Translations under genes and position numbers: made by a program | The notes under the pieces: model-generated | Seen by the model: only the letters and a program-made list of their open reading frames with translations | The model's database searches: none | Told to the model about the DNA's origin: nothing | NCBI RefSeq assembly: GCF_006345805.1 | Contig: NC_043013.1 | Coordinates: 14,260,001 to 14,324,000, forward strand | DNA length: 64,000 nucleotides | DNA from: Octopus sinensis | Taxonomy: Eukaryota | Direction of reading: 5' to 3' | Shown: positions 36,885-50,142 of the stretch, one piece after another | Position numbering within the stretch: the first letter of the stretch is position 1 | How the letters are laid out: each line of letters opens with the position of its first letter

Positions 36885-37022
36885 ATATACTTTGTAATAT
36901 ATTATGGTTGCATAAGGAAATATCCTGTTCCTATAAGTAATTAGTATTTATGTACCAGCTGTCAGGAATTTGTTTAATATGTAAAATTATTATATCCAAT
37001 AACGTTCCACTGCTATATTTAG

Positions 37023-37258
37023 CAATGAGTTCATGGATGCGGTACTGATGAGGAATCAAGAATTCCTGAAATATGCATGTACAATGAGTTCATCGATGTG
37101 GTACTGATGAGGAATCAAGAATTCCTGAAATATGCATGTACAATGAGTTCATGGATGCGGTACTGATGAGGAATCAATAATTCCTGAAATATGCTTGTAC
37201 AATGAGTTCATCGATGTGGTACTGATGAGGAATCAAGAATTCCTGAAATATGCATGTA
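37023..37258 (+). ncRNA. Four tandem 59-nt units, each a minimal hammerhead-ribozyme-like motif
   Basis: CTGATGA-GGAAT-CAAGA-ATTCC-T-GAA-ATATGCATGT-A; starts at 37023, 37082, 37141, 37200; stem I poor. Confidence 0.55.
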
Positions 37259-37483
37259 CAACCATCACCTATTTTTCCATCTTCGATCACGTTGTTGTTT
37301 ACATTAGGCGTATACGGATATGAAACGTCGTAACAAATTAGTGCTGGCTGTAATTTCTATAGAAAATCAGTTGAGATAATCTTAACAAGTGACTTGTCCA
37401 AGTGCTGCACGTTAATTTCGGGAAAGAATATTCTGTTGATTGAACAACTGTCTCTTCTTTGTCAAAACCGACGGTGATTTCTC

Positions 37484-37534
<51 letters not shown>

Positions 37535-38214
37535 CGTGTGTGTGCGTGCGTGCGTGTGCACATTTATATATTACATATAATACATGCATAATATTCCTCA
37601 CTATCCTACCACCATCACCACTACAGCCATCATCTCTACCACCACCACCACCACCACCACCACCACCACCACCATCATCACAACTCAACCACCATCACTT
37701 CTACCATCATCATCATCACTCCCACTGCCACTACCACAACAAATACTGTCTTTCTTTCTTTTGTTGTTGTTATTGTTGTTAATCTCCTTTTTCTACTTCT
37801 TCTTTTTCTTCTTCTTTTTCTTCTTCTTCTTCTTCTTCTTTTTCTTCTTCTTCTTCTTCTTCTTTTCACCATCATTATCATCGCCATCATCATCGTCGTC
37901 GTCGTCGTCCTCCTCCTCCTCCTCCTCATCATCATCATCATCATCGGCGCCATGCGATGAAATAGCTGTGCAAAACAGTTTCGGAGTAAGATTATGACGT
38001 CATGGGGGGGGCTATTACAGACATTGCTGATGTTGCTACTGTTGTTGTTGTTGTCGTTCTTGCTGCTATTTATTGTTGTTGTCGCTGATAATACGGTTGA
38101 TGTTGCTGCTATTGTTGCTTATGTTGTTTTTATGGGTGTTGCTGTTGCTGTTGTTGTTGTTGTTGCTATTGGTGGTGAAATTTGGAACACTTGTACAATT
38201 ATAGATAAGCTGTG

Positions 38215-39230
38215 ATAAGTGACATGTTGCGGTGATGGGGTGAGGTGGGGAGGGAGTAAGAGAGTAGAGGAAGAGGAAGGGGGAGTGGTGTGTGGGAGGA
38301 AGAGTGGGAGAGTAGAGGCGGAAGAGGAGGAGGAGAGAGTAGCGTGGGAGCGGTATGGGAGAGTAGATGAAAAAGGCGAAGTGTCAGAAAGGAAGAGTGA
38401 GAAATGAAGAGGAATGAGGTATTAGGATGGAGTAGGAGTGTAAAAGTGTGAAGGGAGGAGGAGGAAGCGGAGGAGAAGGAGGGGAGGAAGTAGAAGAGTC
38501 AAGGAAGAGGAAGTGGTGAGATGGGGTGGAGTGGGAGAGTTGAGGAGGAGGAGGAGTAGCGTGGGAGAGGAGTGGGAGTGTAGATGAAGAAGGCGAAGTG
38601 TGAGAAGGTTAGAGTGGGAGATGAAGAGGAAGAGGAAGAGGTATTAGGATGGAGTAGGAGTGTTTAAGTGTGAGGAGTAGGTGGAGGGAGTGGGAGGTAG
38701 AGGACGAGGAAGTGGTGTCGGGGAAGAGTGGGAGAGTGAAGAGAGAGGGAGTAGTGTAAGGAGATAGGAGTGTGAGAGTAGAGGAAATGGGGGATTGTAG
38801 AAGAGGAGAGAGAAGTGTGAGGAGAAGGGAGTGGGTTAGTAGAGGAAGAGGAAGAGGTGTCAAGATGAAGGAGTGGGAGTGTAGAAGAAGCGGTATGAGG
38901 AATGGGAGAGTAGAGGAAGTAGTGAGGGGGAGGAGTGAGAGACATGGGGAAGTAGGGAGATGTGAGGCGGGGGGGGGGGTAGAATGGCAGGATAGAGTGA
39001 AAGGGTGAGATGTCAAAGTGTAGGAGTGAAGAAGAGAAGACGGTGGGGGGGATAAGTGATTGGGAGAGAAAGGAAAAAAAGGTGAAAAACGAAAGAGTGG
39101 GAGGTGGAGAGGATGAGGGAGTTGGAGTGCGGAGGAAGGAGGAAGAGAAGAGAGCAAGAGGAGGAAATATGAATATGAGGGAGTGGGTAAGGGTGGTTGG
39201 GAATGGGAGAGTAGGTGAGGAAACTTTGCT
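38215..39230. repeat. ~1-kb G/A-rich tract with internal imperfect duplication
   Basis: Blocks such as GAGTAGCGTGGGAG..GTAGATGAA..GGCGAAGTGT..GAGGTATTAGGATGGAGTAGGAGTGT recur about 235 bp apart. Confidence 0.8.
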
Positions 39231-39504
39231 GTTGTTGCTGTTTTTGTTGTTGTTGTTTAGACCCTGGGTCATCTCTAATTGGGTACAGCTACGACCCAAA
39301 TCATTTCGGTCGTGACTCACCCATCTTTTCCCTTGTGCAGGAAATTGAGGACTACATTTCTTCAAAGTTTCTCTCTTTTATGTGATTGGAAGGACATTTG
39401 GTTGCTATTTCTAGCAAGTCGCACAACCAGCCATGTTTGTTTTTCTCTCCTTTGCTCAATGAAGGTTTGTACTGTAGTATAGGGTGCAGTTTATGTAGTG
39501 TAGT

Positions 39505-40244
39505 TTTGTATATATTTCTAAGATGTTGTAGCGCAGAAGCTCACTTTTGCAATTACGTGTTCTCGGGTTCAAACTCACTGCGCGGCACCTTGGGACTGTG
39601 TCTTCTACTATAAAAAGCGTTTTGAATGGATTTGTTTGACGGAAACTGAAAGAAACCGCCATACATACATACATACATACATCATACATACATACATACA
39701 TATATTCATATATGCATACATACATTCATACATACATACATGCATACAAACATATATACATGCATTCATACATACACACATACAGCCATACATACATGCA
39801 TACATATATACATACATACATACATACATGCATACATACATGCATTCATACATACATTCATATATACATACATACATACATGCATTCATACATACATACA
39901 TACATTCATACATACATACATTCATTCATACATACATACATGCATACATACATGCATATATACATACATACATACATAATACATACATAGATACATACAT
40001 ACATACATGCATTCATACATACATACATGCATACATACATACATTCATATATACATACATACAAGCATGCATACATACATATATACATATATACATACAT
40101 ACATACATGCATTCATACATACATACATGCATACATACATACATACATACATACATGCATTCATACATACATACATTCATACATACATACATTCATACAC
40201 ACATACATTCATACATACATACACACATACAGCCATACATACAG

Positions 40245-40276
<32 letters not shown>

Positions 40277-41010
40277 CATTCATACATACATACATACATA
40301 CATACATACATACATGCATGCATACATACATACATACATACATTCATACATGCATACATATATACATACATACATACATACATACATACAGTACATACAT
40401 ACATACACACATACATACATACATACATATATACATACATACAAACATACATACATACATTCATTCATACATACATACGGTACATACATACATACACACA
40501 TACATACATTCATACATACATACATACATACATACATACATACATACATGCATACATACATACACACATACATACATATATACATACATACATACATTCA
40601 TTCATACATACATACAGTACATACATACATACACACATACATACATTCATACATACATACATACATACATACATACATACATACATACATACATACATGC
40701 ATACATACATACATACATAATACATACATACATACATACATACATACATACACACATACATACATGCCTACATACATGCATACATGTGTGTGTGTGTGTG
40801 GAGTATGTGTCTTTGTGTTGTTTTTGTTCCCACCACGCTTGACAATCGGTGTGGTTTTGTTTACGTCACAGTATGCAAGCAGTTCGAAAAAAGAGAACGA
40901 TAGGATAAGTAACAACTTAAAAAATAGTATTGGGTTTCGATTTGCTTGACTGAAACCTTACAAGACGGTGTTCCAGTATGGCCGCAGTCCAATGACCAAA
41001 GCAAGTAAAA
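39505..41010 (+). mobile_element. SINE-A with core expanded to ~1.1 kb of degenerate (CATA)n
   Basis: 5' half ends GGAAACTGAAAGAAACCGCC at 39660; 3' half resumes near 40790. Confidence 0.8.
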
Positions 41011-41084
41011 GATAATAGTATAGCACAGGGTAGCGTCTCAGGTAAAGTGTAGTGTATGTACAGTGGTATACTGTTGGGGGTTTA

Positions 41085-41388
41085 TGGTGCTTACTGGTTA
41101 GGGTATTTGGCTTACGACCATAAGGTCGAGAGTTCGAATACCGGTGCGCGAAGTGTCCTTGAGCAAGAAACTTTATTTATCCACTCAGTTGGCAAAAATG
41201 AATTGTACCGGTTTTTCAATGGGTCAGCCTTGTCGCATTCAGTGTACCACGCTGAATCTACCTGAGAATTAAGTTAAGAGTACGTGTGTCTGTGGAGTGC
41301 TCAGCCACTTGCATGTTAATTTCACGAGCAGGCTGTTCCGTTGATCGGATCAATCGGGGCATTCGTCGTCGTAACCGACGGAGTGCCG
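41085..41388 (+). mobile_element. SINE-D (tRNA head + CORE-like GTGTCCTTGAGCAAG); truncated head at 45655-45722
   Basis: A/B-box-like TACTGGTTAGGG..GAGTTCGAATACC. Confidence 0.6.
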
Positions 41389-41399
41389 TGGCAGCGAAA

Positions 41400-41790
41400 T
41401 GCAATATGATTATGCAGTTTAGTGTAGTGCAGTCGAGTGTAATAAGAGACTAGAATGTGGTGTTGTACAGTGAGGTGCAATTTGATTGCACACTTTAGAG
41501 CCGTGGACAGTAATAAGAAACTACAGCGTGATCTGGTGCAGCGCATTGCAATATGATTGTGCAGTTTAGTGCAGTGCAGTGGAGAGCAATAAAAGACTAG
41601 AGTACGGTGTAGTGCAGCGGAGTGCAATACGATTTTGAAGTTCAGAGCAGTTCAGTGGAGAGCAATAAGAGAATGCTTTGTGGTGTGGTGCAGCGAAGTG
41701 CAATATCATTGTGCATTGGAGATCTATAAGATTCTGTAAAGCGGTGTTGTGTAGTGAAGTGCAATACGAAGCACAGTCTGAAGTGCAATA
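41400..41790. repeat. Degenerate ~75-bp minisatellite built from GTGCA/GTGTA pentamers
   Basis: GCAATA(T/C)GATT recurs about every 61-77 bp. Confidence 0.75.
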
Positions 41791-41968
41791 AAAATGGTAA
41801 AGAACGATTTGCGGGGGATTTAACTGCTCTTTATAACAGATCGGGTCACCAATTAGCGGTTCTCTCTTTAGCTTATGTGCAATATCATAGTGGCTGGATT
41901 TTGTCCTTAGATCGGCCCTGATCGAGTAGACTTTCATCAGAGGCATTCCAGCCCTGAACTTCACGTCT

Positions 41969-42470
41969 TACAGGGTGTTCGGACTAAACGTGACGAATTT
42001 TTTAACGTTTTCTTTTCTCAGGAACACCTTGCTGTATTGATAAACGGTCAACGGCGTTTGAGAGCATAAAGATTAAAGTTACAGTTGAAAAAAAAATTTG
42101 CTGACATGGAGGACTGGAAGCCATCCGAGTACTGTAAAACAGCTACCTGTATCATAATGGTTCGCGCCGGGTATCAGAATGCCGATATCATGACTGCTAC
42201 CCAATGCTTTGTTGAACAATGTAAGGGATGTAGGACATGTTATGGACATCACGATAACCAAGTTCTCCCAAACTGGGGTTTGCCCTTGGGCGTCTCTCCA
42301 GGGAGACTGACGTCATGCTGCTCCACACCTTTGAAGGGAGCCTTAGGCTCAATTCAAACAGTTATGTGAAGCTGCTGGAGACTATGGTTAATCCCTGGCT
42401 GGAAAGGGTTGCTACTGAAAGGCCATACATGTGGCAGCAGGATTCGATTCCTTGCCATATAAGATCCCTT
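41969..42470 (+). mobile_element. maT/DD37D-like Tc1-mariner relic
   Basis: TACAGGGTGTTCGG terminus; VNPWLERVATERPYMWQQDSIPCH motif. Confidence 0.7.
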
Positions 42471-42989
42471 GTCAGATCGTGTGTGTATATGTGTAACGTA
42501 GTATAGCGAGAGGTCTCATCCTGGGCTAGAAAGTAAACCCTTTGTTAGTCGGTGCAGAACCCCAGCTTTATAATGGTCTTCTGAAGTGCTTGAGAGGACA
42601 ATACCTCATCCAGCATTTAACCCACTCGTTTACTCAAATTAAAGCGCCAAATCAGGACACAAATAAAATATATTCATTCTAGCACCCAACTGGACTGAAA
42701 TGATACAGGAAACAAGCGATGTCCTTTTCAGATCTTCCAATGAAGGCCAACTATGGTAGCGTTGCTATACTAGAGCGACCGGTAGATTATGCGACTTCTC
42801 TGAACTGTACGGCACTATTTTTATAATTTTGGGTTTTTTGCTTCTAGAAAGTTTAAATTTATAAATGTATAGGAGTTCTATTAAAAACCTTATTTAATTA
42901 CTGACTAAGAAAATTAGAATCGACCTAAAGTCAATACATTCACTATCATCACCACCTCTACCACCACCGCAACCTACTCGATTATTAAT

Positions 42990-43027
42990 AACACCACCAC
43001 CACCACCACCACCACCACCACCATCGT

Positions 43028-43109
<82 letters not shown>

Positions 43110-43660
43110 ACTACTACTACTACTACTACTACTACTCTACTACTACTACTACTACTACTACTACCAGCACTGCAATTATTAATACTTCTGCCACCACCAC
43201 CACCACCATCAACCTAACAACAACCAATACTACTATCATTACCACCACTGCTACGATTATTATTACAATCATTACTACTACTATTACAACAACAGCAACA
43301 ACTACTACTACTACTATTAATACTACCAAGCCCCGCCAAAACTACTACTACTACAACTACTACTACTACTACGACCACCACTACCACAAGCACTGCGATT
43401 ATAAATACTTCTACAACCACCGCCACCACCACCACCACCACCACCACCACCACCACTACCACCACCACTGCCACCACTACCACCACCACTGCCACCACCA
43501 CCACCACCACCACCAACACTATTAACAACAACAACAGCAGCAACAGCAAAAACAACTACAACAACAGTAACATGACTACCACCACAACCACTACAACGAC
43601 AACACCCAATACTACTACCATCCTCCCCACTGTTACTACTACTGTACTACAACAATAGCA

Positions 43661-43718
<58 letters not shown>

Positions 43719-43720
43719 TC
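42990..43720. repeat. Compound (CAC)n/(CTA)n/(CTG)n microsatellite field (similar fields 30790-31200, 37490-37945, 49900-50145)
   Basis: Direct inspection. Confidence 0.9.
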
Positions 43721-44202
43721 AGTACGCCATTCTCCATAAATCCTTCGTTCATTACATTCGAACAGGTCCCATCTAAATGTCTATTCAGTCTTAATTTCTT
43801 CAGTAAACTGTGAAACTGATTGCTCTCCCCCACTACTTACTCTCCTTTCTCACTCACCATTGTTCACACACACGCACAGACATGCACGCGCGCGCGCACA
43901 CACACATACATGTTCACGCATATGTTCATTTATACAAGCATACATACATGCAAACACGCATAGACATTCATTCATACATACATGTACACATATATGCAAA
44001 CATACATACATACACACACAGACCTACACACATAAACACACGTACGTGCGCACACATGCGCACACACACATATTATACATATATTGTGTGCGTTTGTATA
44101 TACGTAGGTATATTTATTTGTATGCGTGTGTATACATGTGAATAAATGTATGTATGCATTTCTATTTATATGTATAAGTCTATGTATGCATGTGAGTGTG
44201 TG

Positions 44203-44262
<60 letters not shown>

Positions 44263-44619
44263 CATACATATATATACGTGTCTTCATGCATGTCTGAACT
44301 TTTATACTGACATATCACTGTGTGAGCACACACACACACACACACACAATACACAGACACACACACAGTACACGGACACACACACACACACATGAATGCA
44401 TACATACACGCATAGACACACAAACACACACACAATATATATATATATGCACACACACACACTAATAGACAATTGCATTCTCATGGCAATTGCAATCGCT
44501 GCTGCATTATACAATATAATTTTTCTTCCTTTTTTTCTTCTATTCTTTCTTTTCACTCAATCTCAACACCTTCCTTCCTACCTCTCCCTCTTTCTCAACC
44601 TTCTTCCTTCTTTCTCTTC

Positions 44620-45130
44620 CCCTTCCTCTACCGCTTCTTTTCCCGATGTTTTAAAACTCGACGCCATTTTGGTTGAGCGAGCTTTAGTTATCTGCTGCCA
44701 ACAAAGATTTCTCAAGCAATTGCTACTTAACTGATAAGGACGTATTTTTTTTCTTCTTCTTCTTCGTCTTCTTCGGGTCCGTCTCTTTAATTAAAACGGA
44801 TTTAACGCACAGAAAGCCACGCTGGAGAAATGCAAGACCGTGGCAATGACAAAAGCCACTAAACTCTTGGTAAAACATATCTTTGGAACGGGCTTTTAGT
44901 AATGGCTGCCTGATCGCCTGCTCGGACGCCATTTTTCTTTATATATTATTTTGTGTGTGTACATGTTTCGGTTTTGTTTAAAACAATTGACGTGAACGAG
45001 GCTGTTGCCGATAATTGCCTTGTTTGTTGCGAAAAGTGAAGGACAGTCAACACGCGAATGAGCTGCTTTTGGCTGGCTCTTTATTTATTCTTTTTTTCAG
45101 CTTTTCTGCTTGGAATGGTGAAAAGAAATC
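44620..45130 (-). promoter_or_regulatory. CpG-enriched Pol II promoter-like region with two YY1-type CGCCATTTT motifs
   Basis: Motifs at 44662-44670 and 44927-44935, each an AAAATGGCG start context on the minus strand. Confidence 0.4.
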
Positions 45131-45964
45131 GCCTAAACGAAATTTCTATTATTGCGTTCGTATGAATGAGTATATGTCCGTATGTACGTACGTATGTATG
45201 TATTTATGTGAGTATGTATGTATGTATAGTTCACATTCTTCTTGTCTTCTGTTCCTCCTCCTCTGTCTCTTCCTTCTCCATTTAATTCTTTCGACATGGG
45301 GATCGTGATGGGTGAAGGTGGAGTGGCGACACTCACCCCACATCCATTCTTCTTCCATAGAAAGGGACAAGGGTTGAGAGAAATGGTTTAGCAACGTACT
45401 CTCATAGAAAAAAACCTTTACACTACAAGAACCATCCAAAGACAGTTTGGTGTCCAATACAACACGGAGAAATAACCAAAATAGTGGAACGGTGAAAAAA
45501 ATATTTTTCTTATGCTTTAGTTACGTCCCATAACGTGCGTCCGAACTTCGCCGAAGAATTGATCAATATTTAATTTCATCTTTCTCTCCACTCTCCACCG
45601 CTCAAAATGTTATGGTCTTGTCGTTGATATTTGTGTTTATTACTAGTACTGTGAATGTGTGTGGCTTAGTGGTTTAAGGTATTCGGCTCACGATCGCATG
45701 GTCATGAGTTCAATTCCCGGCGGAATATCAAGTCAGTCAGGAATAGGCGGAATTTTCCAATTCTTCAAGATATATTTATACATATGCATGCAATCACTGA
45801 AAATTTCTGACCTGGAATTCAATAGAGAGAGATCTTAGATCTGAACAGGATCTGCGCTCTTTCAGCCAATAAAGCCTACATTTATTGTCTATAGTTGATT
45901 ATTTAGATGTTTCCCTAGATTTAATCTTCCTTGCATAAACCTTTCCTAATCCTAATGAGAAACT

Positions 45965-46012
<48 letters not shown>

Positions 46013-46041
46013 TTATTTATATATATATATATAAGTATGTA

Positions 46042-46209
<168 letters not shown>

Positions 46210-47600
46210 TAGTTTCTCTACCTTCCCTTCTCAGTGCATCTGTATCTACACGTTGATGCATGCGTATTTGCTTTTTTTTGTGTGTCTGTGTGTGTGTGTA
46301 TGTGTTTACGTATGTGTATGTGTGTGTCCCCGAGTATGTGCATCAGTGTCCCTCCTCCCGTTCACCTGTCAGTCTCCGCTTCATTCGAACTGGAATCGTG
46401 TCAGTGTAAGATGATGACGATGATGATGGTAATGATGATGATGATTTTTTCTAATATTTCAGTAAATTTGTATGTGTATGTTTGTCTCAGTGTATGTATG
46501 CATATGCATATCTACTCACATATGTATGGATACGCTTATACAAAAGGATGCGTACACAGACGCAAACACAGACAGACAGGCAGGCGCACACACACATATA
46601 CACACGCGCACACACAAGCACATACATGTATATTTGTATGTTTGTGTGTATGTGTATATATACATATGTACGTATGTATGTATGTATGAATGTGTCATAT
46701 ACATAATTCTATATACATATGCATACGCACATAGACACAAAGAAAGGTGAAAGAAAAGAGAGAGAAAGAAAGAGAGGAAGGTAGATAGATAGGTAAGGAA
46801 AGAGAGATAGAGAGAGAGAGAGAGAAATACGGAGTGTGAGAGAGAGAGAGAGAGAGAAATATGGAGTGAGAGAGAGAGAGAGAGAGAGAGATTGAGGGAG
46901 AGTGCACTATTAGAGCGTGAAGCTTGCAAAGTAATTTGTATCTGCGATACACGGTTTCGATATCCAGTTTAGAATCATATCATTTTCACCGTATCATTAC
47001 AAATCTCATTTTAGTTCCTCACCATTACCAATTCCTCTGCCAATATATCTTATATTTCAATTCCTTCTATCAGGTCCAGCGAACATAAAGTGAGGGTATG
47101 TCTCTCCTTTAGTGCCCACCCATACCGACCAATTTGTTTCCTCATATCTTTCTGAAATTTTTAAAAGATACGTTTTTGAGTGTTTAGATTGCGATTTTGC
47201 AAATGAATTTTTTAAATGATTTTTCTTTTGGTGAGTTTCGGAATATTCTCGCTCCGAATTCCGACTTTATCTTTTCATTTTTTACATGTTTCAGTCATCA
47301 GACTGCGGCCATGCTGGGGCAACGCCTTGAAGAATTGTTTTAGTCGAATGAATCGACCGCAGTACTTATTTAAAAAAAAAACCTGCTACTTATTCTATCG
47401 GTTCATTTTGGCCGAACCGCTAAGTTACGGGGACGTAAGCACAGCAACACCGGTTGTCAAGCGTTGGTGGGAAGATAAAAATGGACACAAACACACACAC
47501 ACACAAGTACAGACGCACACACACACACACACACACATATGCACAACACACGCATACACACGCAGACACACACATACACACACACACTCACACACATATA

Positions 47601-47818
47601 TACGAGGAGGTGCTGAAAGTACCTGTTTTTAAGTCTATCGCGAAAGGCCTGGCTGGAGACCCAACCTTTTGAGTTCTTTTACAGGGCCTAGACAAGCTTA
47701 AGGGCCGCTTCGATAAGTGTGCGAATCTGAGAAGGGAATATGTTGAATAAAAATCATAATTAACTGATCCTCCTGTATTTTCGTTTACTCGAAACCAGAA
47801 ATTCTTCGGCACGCCTCC

Positions 47819-47820
<2 letters not shown>
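47601..47820 (+). mobile_element. Short mariner-derived MITE in a SINE microsatellite
   Basis: Degenerate TIRs TACGAGGAGGTGCTGAAAG / TTCTTCGGCACGCCTCCGT; retains the transposase end (DKCANLRREYVE*). Confidence 0.65.
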
Positions 47821-47863
<43 letters not shown>

Positions 47864-47894
47864 TATATCATGTGATCTCTTGAGCACCACCAGC

Positions 47895-48090
47895 AAAAAT
47901 ATTTTTTTCCTCTGTCTTCCCTTCTCGGGATCTTTCCTTCTCCTTGTTTCCGACGAAGAGCTCCGCTCGAAACGTTAAACCCTCCTCCTTCCCTTCTTTC
48001 CTGAGCCTCAAATAATACTTTAATTGTTCCACGTCCTAGCGTTGCTGTGTTTTTTTCTGTGTTTTCTTGTTTGGATTAACTTTATATACA
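47895..48090 (+). mobile_element. Penelope-like terminal fragment with hammerhead-like motif
   Basis: CCGACGAAGAGCTCCGCTCGAAACGTT followed by a pyrimidine-rich tract and (TA)n tail. Confidence 0.55.
47946..47980 (+). ncRNA. Minimal type-I hammerhead-like motif
   Basis: GTTT-CCGACGA-A-GAGC-TCC-GCTC-GAA-ACGT-T-AAAC; U4 replaced by C. Confidence 0.5.
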
Positions 48091-48254
48091 TATACATATA
48101 TATATATATATTATATATTATATAAATATGGTTCTCCAACATGACCACAGCCGCATGGCATAAACGTGTAAAAGAGTAAACATATATTAATTGTAAATTT
48201 TATCCTGCATTAATTGTGTATATATATATACATACGTTTATATATTTGTTGCTA

Positions 48255-49053
48255 CTATATATATATATATATATAAACGGCAGTTTGTCTGTCTGTGTGT
48301 CTGTCAGGTTGTACCCTCACCCTGACCACGGCTTTCAACCGATTCTGATGAAACTTGACACACACATAGCCCAATGTCATAATTCAATACTAACGCAGCG
48401 AAAATTTTTAAAAGTTCCCCCAGTTCTGAAAAAAATCGATAAATTCGACATGGGGTCGAGAATCTAAGCTTTTTATATGCAACACATTTTCTGTTGTAGT
48501 TTTCGCAACTTGCAATCGATTTTCACCAAACTCATGGTGAAGCTTAATGTTATCTTAAGAAATTTAATTCTGATGTTAGTTTTCCATGCAATACCTTACC
48601 ATCAGAAAAAAATCGATAAAATCATGCCATTTTGGGAAATCGCGTTCAAATTCAAGATGACATCTTTTCGATAATATCTTTCACAAATTGGCAGGTATTT
48701 TTTTTTAAAATTCACAGCGAGCATCATGTCTGCTCCAATGAGCTATATGGCCCTTTTTATTCCAATAGGATACTTTATTACTGGAAAAAATCGGGTAATT
48801 AAATCATATGTGGCACACATAGCAAACCGATTTGTGTATTAAACACAAACTGTATAGGGGACACAACTCGACCTTTTTATCGCCCAAAGGGACAGCTAGG
48901 AACATTCGTATACACAGAAGTATTCGAGTGAAGAGAAGACATTGCAACCTACACATGCGCCTTCCTTCCCTAGAGGGAAAGGACTAGATTGGGATTAGTC
49001 GTTGCCTACTAGGGGCTCTTATATACCCGGGCAACGCCGGGCTATGCTGCTAG
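48255..49053 (+). mobile_element. Non-autonomous Helitron-like element
   Basis: 5' (TA)n-AAACGGCAG-(GTCT)n; 3' hairpin CCCGG-GCAACG-CCGGG (49026-49041) then CTAG|T. Confidence 0.75.
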
Positions 49054-49085
<32 letters not shown>

Positions 49086-49433
49086 ATATATATATATGTT
49101 TATATATATATATAATAACAATATGATAAAACATATGCATACATACGTACATATATGTACATACTTACATCTATATGTATATATACATGCATATATGAGT
49201 ACAGGACACCACAAATAAACATAGAACACAACGAGAAACAAAAACATAAAACCAAACAAGGAATTGGACTTTCTTTAAAACAACGAAAAAACAGAGTACA
49301 AGACAAACAATACAAGGAACATTCCCCTTCTTCAGCTGCCCCTGTTTCGACTCATTGCGTGTTTCGAAGGTATACGTGCGCAAGTGTTTGTGCGTGTATA
49401 TATATATGCGCACAGGTGTATATGAGAGAGAGG

Positions 49434-49473
<40 letters not shown>

Positions 49474-49943
49474 AAAAAGAGAGTTTCTTTCTGTCTTTGT
49501 CTCCTCCCTCCACCACTTGACAAACGGTGTTGGTGTGTTTACGTCCCCGTAACAAAAGTGGTTCGGCAAAATGACCGATAGAATAAGTACCGGGTTAAGA
49601 AAAGTGCTGGGGTCGATTAATTCGACTAAAAGAATTGTTGAAGGCTGTACCCCAGCGTGGCCGCAGTCTAATGACTGAAACAAATAAAAGATTTTAAAAA
49701 ATATTCCTCAAATAACATACGTTATCGTCTGAAATAAGATCACGATGGGGATTGTTGTTCTCGTTACCTGCATGTTAAAAAAAAATAACATGATGGTCAC
49801 AGATGGAATGTTTTTGATCGTAGTTGTGTACTCGAACTGGATCGCTCTGTGACTAAACAACTGCAATGGCGACACCGATCACAACTGCGTGTGCTGCTGC
49901 CGTTACTCTGCTGCTGTTGCTGCTGCTGCTGCTACTACTACTA

Positions 49944-49978
<35 letters not shown>

Positions 49979-50095
49979 ACTACTGCTATTACCACCACTA
50001 CCACCACCACCACCACCACCAAGACCACCACCACCACCACCACCACCACCAAGACCACCACCACCACCACCACCACCACCACCACCACCACCCCA

Positions 50096-50142
<47 letters not shown>

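Noticed and set aside
37023-37258. CRISPR-like appearance (palindromic repeats)
   Set aside because: Units are head-to-tail with no unique spacers, there are no cas genes, and the context is eukaryotic.
39608-40949. Long ORFs (437 aa, 271 aa, 237 aa) and similar Y/I/H/T, poly-L, poly-S ORFs elsewhere
   Set aside because: Translations of (CATA)n, (CT)n, (CTA)n and (TA)n microsatellites that lack stop codons.
44723-44932. EFSGFCHCHGLAFL resembles the DEG/ENaC F-x6-HG motif
   Set aside because: No transmembrane helix follows, there is no convincing splice donor, and the ORF runs into a poly-Lys repeat; probably chance.
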